Positions 7,546-15,123 of a stretch of DNA of 32,000 bases are shown piece by piece; the first letter of the stretch is position 1, and each line of letters opens with the position of its first letter. The notes under the pieces were generated by a model. It searched no databases. It was not told the DNA's origin and was given only the letters and a program-made list of their open reading frames with translations. Source of the DNA: Mycolicibacterium smegmatis (GTDB lineage Bacteria; Actinomycetota; Actinomycetes; Mycobacteriales; Mycobacteriaceae); the NCBI RefSeq assembly GCF_001457595.1, contig NZ_LN831039.1, forward strand, positions 6,600,001 to 6,632,000, read 5' to 3'. The translations under genes were made by a program, and so were the position numbers.

Positions 7546-7603
7546 CCAAGTCATCGTGCACCAGGTCATCGCCAAGACTGATTGAGATGGGAAGCTGATC
7601 GCT

Positions 7604-8008
7604 ATGGCTCGCACACCGTTGCACATGTTCGGGATGAAATACCGCCGCGACGAGTACCTGGCGTTGATCGCCAGCGGCGAACACGACGTCAACGCCCAAG
7701 ACCTCGACGGTAAGACGCCGCTGCACTATGCGACCGAGCAGGAACAGTCGGAGATCGTGCACGCGTTGTTGGACGCCGGGGCTGATCCGAACGTTCAAGA
7801 ACGCATCTACGGCAATACCCCGCTATCGCAGGCGGTCCTTGAGATTGTCGAGCCCGGGGATCCGGTGATCGTCAAGATGCTCGACCACGGAGCCGACCCC
7901 ACCATCGCCAACAACTACGGCCACTCCGCGCTATCTTCCGCGCGCAGCATCGGCCGTAGCTGTGTGCCGCTGCTTGAAGCCGCCGCAGCCAAAAACAAGC
8001 AGGACTGA
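7604..8008 (+). CDS. Ankyrin-repeat protein, candidate orphan immunity protein
   Basis: KTPLHYA...LLDAGADPN...YGNTPL...LDHGADPTIANNYGHSALSSAR. This parallels ankyrin-1 (GANPTIENNYGHSPLSNAK) but is clearly diverged elsewhere. Confidence 0.85.
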   Translation: MARTPLHMFGMKYRRDEYLALIASGEHDVNAQDLDGKTPLHYATEQEQSEIVHALLDAGADPNVQERIYGNTPLSQAVLEIVEPGDPVIVKMLDHGADPTIANNYGHSALSSARSIGRSCVPLLEAAAAKNKQD

Positions 8009-8031
8009 AATGGACCTCGGCAGAGCAATGA

Positions 8032-9501
8032 TCAATACCTGTGGATGAGCCTCGGTGTGGGGGCGTGAAGATGGGCGCACCTTCCCGGGGATGATCTTCA
8101 CGGAATCAGGTATTCGATCAAGACCGGCGTTGGCGCGCTGGTTGGGAAGGTACGCCCATGCTCACCGTAGTTCACGACACCGAGGACGCCAACGACAAGG
8201 CCAGCGGTGCTGGTCGGTCGTTGTTGGATGAGATCGTCCGCGACGGGGCCCGGCAGATGCTGGCCGCGGCGTTGCAGGCCGAGGTCGCCGCCTACGTGGC
8301 GCAGTTCGCCGATCAACTCGACGAGAACGGTCACCGGTTGGTGGTGCGAAACGGCTATCACCAGCCCCGGGAGGTGCTGACCGCCGCCGGCGCGGTGCAG
8401 GTGAAAGCGCCGCGGGTCAACGACCGCCGTGTCGACCCCGACACCGGTGAACGCAAGCGGTTCTCCTCGGCGATCCTGCCGGCCTGGGCGCGCAAGTCGC
8501 CGCAGATGAGCGAGGTACTGCCGCTGCTGTACCTGCACGGCCTGTCGAGCAACGATTTCACCCCTGCCCTCGAGCAGTTCCTCGGCTCCGGCGCTGGGCT
8601 GTCGGCCAGCACGATCACCCGGCTCACGGCGCAGTGGCAAGACGAGGCCCGCGCGTTTGGGGCCCGCGACCTCTCGGCCACTGATTACGTGTATCTGTGG
8701 GTCGACGGCATTCACCTCAAGGTGCGGCTGGACCAGGAAAAGCTCTGTCTGCTGGTGATGCTGGGCGTGCGTGCTGATGGCCGCAAGGAGCTCGTGGCGA
8801 TCACCGACGGCTACCGCGAGTCGGCCGAGTCGTGGGCCGATCTGTTGCGCGACTGCAAGCGCCGCGGCATGACCGCCCCCGTACTCGCGATCGGCGATGG
8901 CGCGCTCGGGTTCTGGAAAGCAGTCCGCGAGGTTTTCCCGGCCACCAAAGAGCAGCGGTGCTGGTTTCATAAGCAGGCCAATGTTCTTGCTGCACTGCCG
9001 AAATCAGCGCACCCGTCGGCGCTGGCGGCGATCAAGGAGATCTACAACGCCGAGGATATCGACAAGGCCCAGATCGCGGTCAAGGCCTTCGAGGCCGACT
9101 TCGGCGCGAAGTATCCCAAGGCGGTCGCTAAGATCACCGACGACCTCGATGTGCTGCTGGAATTCTACAAGTATCCGGCCGAACATTGGATTCATCTGCG
9201 AACGACGAATCCGATCGAATCCACCTTTGCCACAGTGCGTTTGAGGACCAAGGTCACCAAGGGGCCCGGATCACGAGCGGCCGGACTAGCGATGGCCTAC
9301 AAGCTCATCGACGCCGCCGCGGCCCGCTGGCGTGCCGTCAACGCCCCACACCTGGTCGCCCTGGTCCGCGCCGGCGCGGTCTTCCATAAAGGCAGACTGC
9401 TCGAACGACCCACCGACATCACCCCGCCAACATCGCCCTCAGACGGCGGTCAGCACGCCGGAACGGAGGTCGCCTGAAACACCCCGATCCACAGGTATTG
9501 A
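8032..9501 (+). mobile_element. IS256-family insertion sequence (IS6120/IS1081-like)
   Basis: Perfect 15-bp terminal inverted repeats TCAATACCTGTGGAT (8032..8046) and ATCCACAGGTATTGA (9487..9501) flank a mutator-type transposase. The repeats extend to 20 bp with 2 mismatches. No 8-9-bp target duplication was found at either boundary choice. Confidence 0.8.
8158..9477 (+). CDS. IS256-family (mutator-type) transposase
   Basis: 439-aa ORF with hallmark stretches for this family: YLWVDGIHLKVR, LAIGDGALGFWKAV, QRCWFHKQANVL, TTNPIESTFATVRLRTK. Confidence 0.9.
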   Translation: MLTVVHDTEDANDKASGAGRSLLDEIVRDGARQMLAAALQAEVAAYVAQFADQLDENGHRLVVRNGYHQPREVLTAAGAVQVKAPRVNDRRVDPDTGERKRFSSAILPAWARKSPQMSEVLPLLYLHGLSSNDFTPALEQFLGSGAGLSASTITRLTAQWQDEARAFGARDLSATDYVYLWVDGIHLKVRLDQEKLCLLVMLGVRADGRKELVAITDGYRESAESWADLLRDCKRRGMTAPVLAIGDGALGFWKAVREVFPATKEQRCWFHKQANVLAALPKSAHPSALAAIKEIYNAEDIDKAQIAVKAFEADFGAKYPKAVAKITDDLDVLLEFYKYPAEHWIHLRTTNPIESTFATVRLRTKVTKGPGSRAAGLAMAYKLIDAAAARWRAVNAPHLVALVRAGAVFHKGRLLERPTDITPPTSPSDGGQHAGTEVA

Positions 9502-9883
9502 CAATTCCTCCTCGGCACATTCATTGTAGGAAAGACCTTCTACTACAAGGGCGCAAGCGAACTCGAGCTGGGCTCGGTGGCTGTTCCCTCGGGCCGGCTG
9601 CGGATCCGCGACCCGTTCTTTCCCCACCCCGGTCCTGATGACGGTTGCTTGCTGATCGTCGCGCCGGGGACGTACCGCGTCTGGGTCACCCTCGTCGAGA
9701 TCCCTGCCCTGCATGACGAAACCGAGCTGGAGACCCGCGAGGCCTATCTGTCGATCGGCCTCAACGACCGCACGCCCACCGGCTTGGACTACGCCGATGC
9801 TCTGCTGCCCTCACCTCGGCCCAGCTTCGGCGCGATGACCGGCACCGATTCCGGCAACATCGCGGTCTTCGACGACACTGAGG
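9502..9883 (+). pseudogene. Internal fragment of a DUF4241-like gene trapped between two IS elements
   Basis: The frame is open from the IS256 end (9502) and runs into the IS3 end. LELGSVAVPSGRLRIRDPFF...APGTYRVWV...REAYLSI...TDSGNIAVFDD fits my recollection of the DUF4241 pattern. Both the start and the C-terminal third are missing. Confidence 0.45.
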
Positions 9884-9959
9884 TGAGCCCCCTGTAGTGG
9901 TCCAGTCGTTGTGGGGACTCTGTTGCCCGAGTGTTCGGGCAGGAAGAATCACCAACGAC

Positions 9960-10247
9960 ATGACATCGAACAAACGCCGGCGGCATACCCCGGATCAGAT
10001 CATCCGCAAGCTCGCCGAGGGCAACAAGCTCCTGGGGACCGGCCAGGAACTCGCCGAGGTGTGCCGGCACCTGGAGATCACCGAGTCGACCTGGCATCGC
10101 TGGGTGGCCCAGTACGGCGGCATGAAAGCCAACGAGGCCAAACGCCTCAAGGAGCTCGAGGCGGAGAACGCCCGGCTCAAGAAGCTGGTCGCCAACCAGG
10201 CCCTCGACATCGACATGCTCAAGGAGATCTCGTCGGGAAACTTCTGA
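9960..10247 (+). CDS. IS3-family transposase OrfA (HTH plus leucine zipper)
   Basis: MTSNKRRRHTPDQIIRKLAEGNKLL...RLKELEAENARLKKLVANQALDIDMLKEI is typical of IS3 OrfA. The ATG at 9960 is preferred over the ORF-track start at 9897, which lies in the inverted repeat. Confidence 0.8.
   Translation: MTSNKRRRHTPDQIIRKLAEGNKLLGTGQELAEVCRHLEITESTWHRWVAQYGGMKANEAKRLKELEAENARLKKLVANQALDIDMLKEISSGNF
10235..10241 (+). other. Candidate programmed -1 ribosomal frameshift heptamer G_GGA_AAC
   Basis: In the orfA zero frame the codons are tcG GGA AAC ttc tga. This is the X_XXY_YYZ form, 4 nt before the orfA stop. The -1 frame continues GKLLTPNRKR... into OrfB. Confidence 0.55.
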
Positions 10248-11098
10248 CCCCGAACCGCAAGCGCAGCGCCGTCATCGCTCTGCGTGAACGGTTCGGGGTC
10301 TCTGAGCGCCGCGCGTGCTCGGTCGTCGGGCTGCACCGCTCGACGATGCGTCTGACGCCGGCTCCGGTCACCACCGAGGAGACCGAGTTGCGGGCGTGGC
10401 TGCGCCGGTTCTCCACTGATCGGCCGCGCTGGGGGTGGCGCCGGGCGGCGAAGATGGCCCGTCGCGCCGGCTGGAATGCCAACAACAAGCGCATCCGCCG
10501 ACTGTGGCGCGAGGAGGGCCTGCGGGTGCCTCAGCGGCGCCGCAAGAAGCGGCTGACGGGGATCGGGGTCGCCGTGGGGGCGATGTCGCCGATCCGTCCG
10601 AATGCGATCTGGGCGATGGACTTTCAGTTTGATACCACCGCTGATGGTCGCACGCTGAAGATGCTCAACGTGATCGACGAGTTCACCCGCGAAGCCCTCG
10701 CCATCGAGGTGGATCGCAGCATCGATGCCGACGGGGTCGTGGCTGTGCTGGATCGGCTCGCGCTCGTCCATGGGGCGCCGCACTATGTGCGTTTCGACAA
10801 CGGGCCTGAGTTCGTCGCGCACGCGGTGCGCGATTGGTGTCGATTCAACAGCGCCGGTTCACTTTTCATCGATCCGGGTTCGCCATGGCAGAACGCCTGG
10901 ATCGAATCGTTTAACGGCAGACTGCGAGACGAACTGCTCAACCTGTGGCGCTTCGATTCGCTACTGGAAGCCCGGGTGATCATCGAGGACTGGCGCTGCG
11001 ATTACAACGCCAACCGGCCCCACTCAGCCCACGGTGACCGCACCCCAGCCGAGTTTGCCCTACAGTGGGCCACGACCCATCAACCGAAAGTCGCATAG
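10235..11098 (+). CDS. IS3-family transposase OrfB (DDE integrase), expressed as OrfAB fusion by -1 frameshift
   Basis: The -1 frame downstream of the slippery site encodes ...PNAIWAMDFQFD...VRFDNGPEF...PGSPWQNAWIESFNGRLRDE...YNANRPHSA, the rve/DDE signature. The N-terminal part of ORF 9911..11098 overlaps orfA out of frame and is not real. Confidence 0.8.
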   Translation, partial: GKLLTPNRKRSAVIALRERFGVSERRACSVVGLHRSTMRLTPAPVTTEETELRAWLRRFSTDRPRWGWRRAAKMARRAGWNANNKRIRRLWREEGLRVPQRRRKKRLTGIGVAVGAMSPIRPNAIWAMDFQFDTTADGRTLKMLNVIDEFTREALAIEVDRSIDADGVVAVLDRLALVHGAPHYVRFDNGPEFVAHAVRDWCRFNSAGSLFIDPGSPWQNAWIESFNGRLRDELLNLWRFDSLLEARVIIEDWRCDYNANRPHSAHGDRTPAEFALQWATTHQPKVA

Positions 11099-11127
11099 CG
11101 ACTGGACCACCAAACGGGTCCCCCTCA

Positions 11128-11603
11128 CGGTGTTCAGCGCTCTGTTGACGACGACAGGTTGCGTTGTCGAAGGTCGTCCGGTGAGCGACGACCTACCGAC
11201 CGCCGACAAGTTGGGTTTACCCCAACAGAGCTTGCTCACAGAGCCGATGCGGCGCCAACCGGTGCCGGGTTGGACGGTCGAGGCGGCCGATCTGGGACTG
11301 CAGACGAAGGACCGCATTCGATTCTCGCCGATCGGGAATGACGGAGACCGCGCGCTGTTCCTGGCGATGACGGTGCAGGAAGCCTGGGTCATCGGCATCG
11401 ACGTCGGCAGCGGCCACAAATTGTTCGAGCCAGTCTGGTTAGGCAACCACGGCAGTGCAGAGGCATTGCTCGCCACGGTTTGCCATCTCAATGGCGCGAG
11501 CATGGTGTTGTGTCTCCGCGAAGATCCCCTTGCAAAACCACCGGCGCGCGCGTGGGTGATCGACACCGCGACGGGCGAGTTGATTTACGACGGCCCAACC
11601 GAA
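11128..11603 (+). pseudogene. 5'-truncated, IS-interrupted lipoprotein-like / PQQ-like beta-propeller gene, left fragment
   Basis: It starts directly at the IS3 end with a remnant lipobox (VFSALLTTTGC) and no start codon or n-region. The motif IDVGSGHKLFEPVW and VIDTATGELIYDG are propeller-like. It is cut at 11603 by the IS1380-like element. Confidence 0.45.
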
Positions 11604-13274
11604 CTAAGCCTCGATCCACCGATGGAAAGCCTGGATAGGCGGGTGTCGATATAAGGAAAGTGCCTTCTGAGCTGCGATGATGAGTGTTCCTTACGCACTT
11701 ATCGGCACAACTTCGAAAGGCACTTCCGGTGAAAGTGTCGCACAACTTCATGGCTGCGTCTGCAGTGTTCGATGATGAGCATCTGGTGTCGTGCGCCGGC
11801 CTGGTGCCGGTGATGACCCTGGCCAGCCAGACCGGGCTATCGGACCTGATCGCGGACAAGGTCGAAATCGTTGAACCGCGGATCAAGTCCGGCTCGGCCA
11901 ATCCGTCACCGAAGCTGACGACAGTAATCGCCGGAATGTGCGCCGGCGCCGACAGCATCGACGACCTCGACATCGTGCGCTCCGGTGGAATGAAAGCCCT
12001 CTTTGGCGGCGTGTACGCGCCCTCGACCATCGGAACACTGTTGCGGGAGTTCACCTTCGGACACGCCCGACAACTGGAAGCAGTGCTGCGTGAGCATCTG
12101 GGCGGGCTCTGCGAGCGCGTCGCGTTGCTACCCGGCGCCGATACCCAAGCGTTCGTCGACATCGATTCACTGCTGCGCCCGGTCTACGGCCACGCCAAAC
12201 AAGGAGCCTCCTACGGACACACCAAGATCGCCGGCAAGCAGATCCTGCGCAAAGGCCTCTCGCCGCTGATCACCACCATCAGCACCACCACGGGTGCCCC
12301 GATGATCACCGGAGCCCGGCTGCGGGCGGGCAAGACCAACTCCGGCAAGGGCGCAGCCCGGATGATCGCCCAAGCAGTCACCACCGCCCGCGCCGCCGGT
12401 GTCAACGGGCAGATCCTGGTGCGCGGAGACTCGGCCTACGGCAACAGCACCGTGGTGAATGCCTGCCGACGCGCCGGTGCCCACTTCTCGCTGGTGCTGA
12501 CCAAGACCCGCGCCGTCGCTGCGGCCATCGAGGCCATCAGCGATAACGCCTGGACCCCGGTCAACTACCCCGGCGCAGTGCGCGACCCCGACACCGGCGC
12601 CTGGATCTCCGATGCCGAAGTCGCCGAAACCACCTACACCGCTTTCAGTTCCACCAACACCCCGGTCACCGCTCGGTTGATCGTGCGCCGGGTCAAAGAC
12701 GCCCGATACCTCGATGCGCTGTTTCCGGTGTGGCGGTATCACCCCTTCTTCACCGATTCCGACGAACCCGTCGACGCCGCTGACATCACCCACCGCCGCC
12801 ACGCCATCATCGAAACCGTGTTCGCCGACCTGATCGACGGACCGTTGGCGCATATGCCCTCCGGGCGGTTCGGCGCGAACTCGGCCTGGGTCCTGTGCGC
12901 GGCGATCGCCCACAACCTGCTGCGCGCCGCCGGGGTGCTCGCCGGCGGTGCCCATGCCCTCGCGCGCGGAGCCACACTGCGCCGCAAGATCGTCAACATC
13001 CCGGCTCGACTGGCTCGGCCCCAACGCCGACCCATCCTGCATCTACCCTCGCATTGGCCGTGGGCCCAGCAGTGGCTCACATTGTGGCGCAACACAATCG
13101 GCTACAGCCCGCCAACTGCTGCGACCCACTGACCACCGGACCCACAGGCCCCGACCCGAACATCACAGGAAAAGCTGGGCAGACCAGCGGCTACAGGCTG
13201 CCCACGACCTGGGCGCACGACAAAAATCAGCCCCAAACAACCTCAACAGGGTCGATCCACGGATCGAGGCTAAG
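11604..13274 (+). mobile_element. IS1380-family-like insertion sequence (~1.67 kb; possibly IS1549-related)
   Basis: Terminal inverted repeats CTAAGCCTCGATCC (11604..11617) and GGATCGAGGCTAAG (13261..13274) match at 13 of 14 positions and enclose a single long DDE transposase ORF. Confidence 0.65.
11684..13132 (+). CDS. IS1380-family DDE transposase
   Basis: FDDEHLVSCAGLVPVMTLA...AGMCAGADSIDDLDIVRSGG...APSTIGTLLREFTFGH...VRGDSAYGN... matches what I recall of actinobacterial IS1380-family transposases. The true start may be a downstream GTG or ATG (11732-11750). Confidence 0.75.
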   Translation: MFLTHLSAQLRKALPVKVSHNFMAASAVFDDEHLVSCAGLVPVMTLASQTGLSDLIADKVEIVEPRIKSGSANPSPKLTTVIAGMCAGADSIDDLDIVRSGGMKALFGGVYAPSTIGTLLREFTFGHARQLEAVLREHLGGLCERVALLPGADTQAFVDIDSLLRPVYGHAKQGASYGHTKIAGKQILRKGLSPLITTISTTTGAPMITGARLRAGKTNSGKGAARMIAQAVTTARAAGVNGQILVRGDSAYGNSTVVNACRRAGAHFSLVLTKTRAVAAAIEAISDNAWTPVNYPGAVRDPDTGAWISDAEVAETTYTAFSSTNTPVTARLIVRRVKDARYLDALFPVWRYHPFFTDSDEPVDAADITHRRHAIIETVFADLIDGPLAHMPSGRFGANSAWVLCAAIAHNLLRAAGVLAGGAHALARGATLRRKIVNIPARLARPQRRPILHLPSHWPWAQQWLTLWRNTIGYSPPTAATH

Positions 13275-14112
13275 ACAGTCTCAGACCGACGGTCATCCGA
13301 TCCTTCAGCGGCTCGGTGATCACCTGGTCGCCCTTGTCGACGGACAAGGAGTTCACGGGATCGGCGAACGCGCCGAGCTGACATGGCATGTAATCGGAAC
13401 CGGCTCGCTCACTTATCCCGACGACGACAGTGATGTTGCACCGCCGGATCTCGCCGTCCAGTCCCGCCTGCGTGAACCCGACGTGGTGTTCTCTGTAGCC
13501 GACGGCACCGTCCTCACACCGGCGATACCCGCGGGCGAGCAAGTCCGGCGTGCTGCGGTCTATCCGGGTGGGTTCGCGTACGAGCTTGCGCGTGACCACT
13601 CAACTGGCGCAGGGATCGCCTTTTTCGATGATAAAGGTCGGCAGACCGGCCGCCTGGACGGTGAAGCGAAGCTCCTTACCGGCTCTGAAGCCTTACCAAT
13701 GGCTCAGCTTGCCAACCAAGACCAGATTCTGTCGGTAACAGGCACCCCACTTCTGTCGTTGCCGAAGTCGACCTTGTTGCCCTACACCCGGCTCGCCGGA
13801 ACGACGCTTCTCGTCTCCACCGACGAGGAGCACAGTGCGTGGCAACAATTCGATCTGCGCTCAGGTGACTCAGGTGTGACATGCAACAACGAGGCTCTCT
13901 GGTACTCCTATATAGGGTCCAGCGGTGACATCGTCCTCACGGGAGGTGGCCGCACACCCGTGCTTGCCCAGGCCATCGATCTAACCACGTGCGAAACCTT
14001 ATGGACGCTACCTGGGTCAACCGAATCGGAAGCGAAGGATCTGTGGCGAGTCAACGAGACACTCATCCTCCGCGTCAACAATCAGTTGTCCTCCCTGGTC
14101 TCACCCGACTGA
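13275..14112 (+). pseudogene. IS-interrupted PQQ-like beta-propeller gene, right fragment
   Basis: The 12895-frame is open through 14112 (..SQTDGHPILQRLGDHLVALVDG...AIDLTTCETLWTLPG...). Removing 11604..13278 joins it in frame to the left fragment. Confidence 0.45.
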
Positions 14113-14125
14113 TATGTGCAGGTTG

Positions 14126-14914
14126 TCAGGACCCACCGTAGGGTCCACCTTCACGAGCAAGGTCCTCCCCGATGAGTCCGTCGATGCACGCGCGTAGTGC
14201 AAAAGCATCAATGGGCTCGGCATATCCCGACCCGTCACACGTGTACAGGTAGGCGCCGTCGTCCTTCACCTGAACCCAATGCCGAGTCCCGCCACCCATC
14301 GATTGCACGGTGCCGGTGGCGACGATGTCGCTTTCGTCGACCTTGTCGTAGGCAGGGCCTCGCGGACCGGTATTCGCAACTGGGAAGCCGAAAGCGTCGT
14401 ATTCGTCGACTGATTCGGGTGGGGGTGGTAATTGCTCTCCACCACCGCTGACCGCAATGCGTGGGCGGAAACCGGCATGCTCCAGGCCAACCGAATGGGC
14501 GATCGCGGCGCCTATATCGCCCGGCGGCAGTGAGTAAATGTCCACGATGTCAACACCATCGGAGTCGGTTTGCTGAACTGCGACGAATGCCGAGTCGTTC
14601 GCCGCCACGCCGTTGACGCGCAGATCCAGCGTGCCCTCGTCGGTGAAGCTCACACGACATCCCACGCAAACATCAGCCCGTGCAAAAGCTTCGACCCACT
14701 CCCGAACCTCTCTGAGGTCTCCTCCCGCGAGACGGTCCTCGATCGGTGCAACCTCTCTGGTGACAAGCCATACCGAGCCCACGGGTCGGCTGCGCCCAAG
14801 CGGAAAAGGAAGCCAGTCCCGCTCGTAAAGTCCGCATGCTGCCTCCAAATCGACCACCGCAACGGTGCCGACCGCATCCAGCGGCACCGTCTCACCACCC
14901 GGCAAGTACGTCAT
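14126..14914 (-). CDS. EspG-family protein (type VII secretion PE/PPE chaperone family), orphan copy
   Basis: 262 aa. The N-terminal LEAACGLYERDWLPFPLG, the central ...VAVQQTDSDGVDIVDIYSLPPGDIGAAIAHSVGL and the C-terminal TRHWVQVKDDGAYLYTCDG..EPIDAFALRACIDGLI follow the EspG segment order as I recall it from EspG3. Confidence 0.55.
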   Translation of the reverse strand: MTYLPGGETVPLDAVGTVAVVDLEAACGLYERDWLPFPLGRSRPVGSVWLVTREVAPIEDRLAGGDLREVREWVEAFARADVCVGCRVSFTDEGTLDLRVNGVAANDSAFVAVQQTDSDGVDIVDIYSLPPGDIGAAIAHSVGLEHAGFRPRIAVSGGGEQLPPPPESVDEYDAFGFPVANTGPRGPAYDKVDESDIVATGTVQSMGGGTRHWVQVKDDGAYLYTCDGSGYAEPIDAFALRACIDGLIGEDLAREGGPYGGS

Positions 14915-15123
14915 GGGCCCCAGCCTGCCATGGAGAGCACATTGTGAGGTCTTTCGCAGGCCGATTGGTCTGTACCGAAGCCGCTCTCGCGTCGTCGGCT
15001 GTTGCGCGCCATCCGTCCCATCCGGTTTCCCGTCGAATACTTGTGCTGTAGGTCACATCGGGGAATGGTGGAAACAGGCCCGAGGGCCGCAGCGTGGCGC
15101 CCCGGGGGACCAGGAGGACAGCT

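Larger units (their letters stand above)
9884..11127 (+). mobile_element. IS3-family insertion sequence (orfA/orfB with -1 frameshift)
   Basis: TG...CA ends, with imperfect inverted repeats that share TGAG and GTGGTCCAGTCG (9897..9908 versus 11099..11110 reverse complement). Exact ends are uncertain by about 10 nt. No clear 3-bp duplication was found. Confidence 0.7.

Noticed and set aside
9911-10234. N-terminal third of the 395-aa ORF 9911..11098 as an independent transposase start
   Set aside because: This portion overlaps orfA out of frame and is Arg/Pro/Gly-rich. The DDE protein is more plausibly made by a -1 frameshift from orfA.
9502-11603. Possible single ancestral ORF spanning the IS3 element, because the DUF4241-like frame and the lipoprotein frame are in phase if the IS is removed
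   Set aside because: The phase match has a 1 in 3 chance of arising by accident. The DUF4241-like fragment lacks its expected C-terminal third, and the downstream fragment begins with a signal-peptide remnant. They are better explained as two different truncated genes.
11608-11625. tcgatccac shared by 11611-11619 and 13252-13260, first read as a direct target duplication of the IS1380-like element (IS1549 is reported to make long duplications)
   Set aside because: On re-alignment, the similarity is part of an inverted, not direct, repeat (CTAAGCCTCGATCC versus its reverse complement). No long direct repeat flanks the element.
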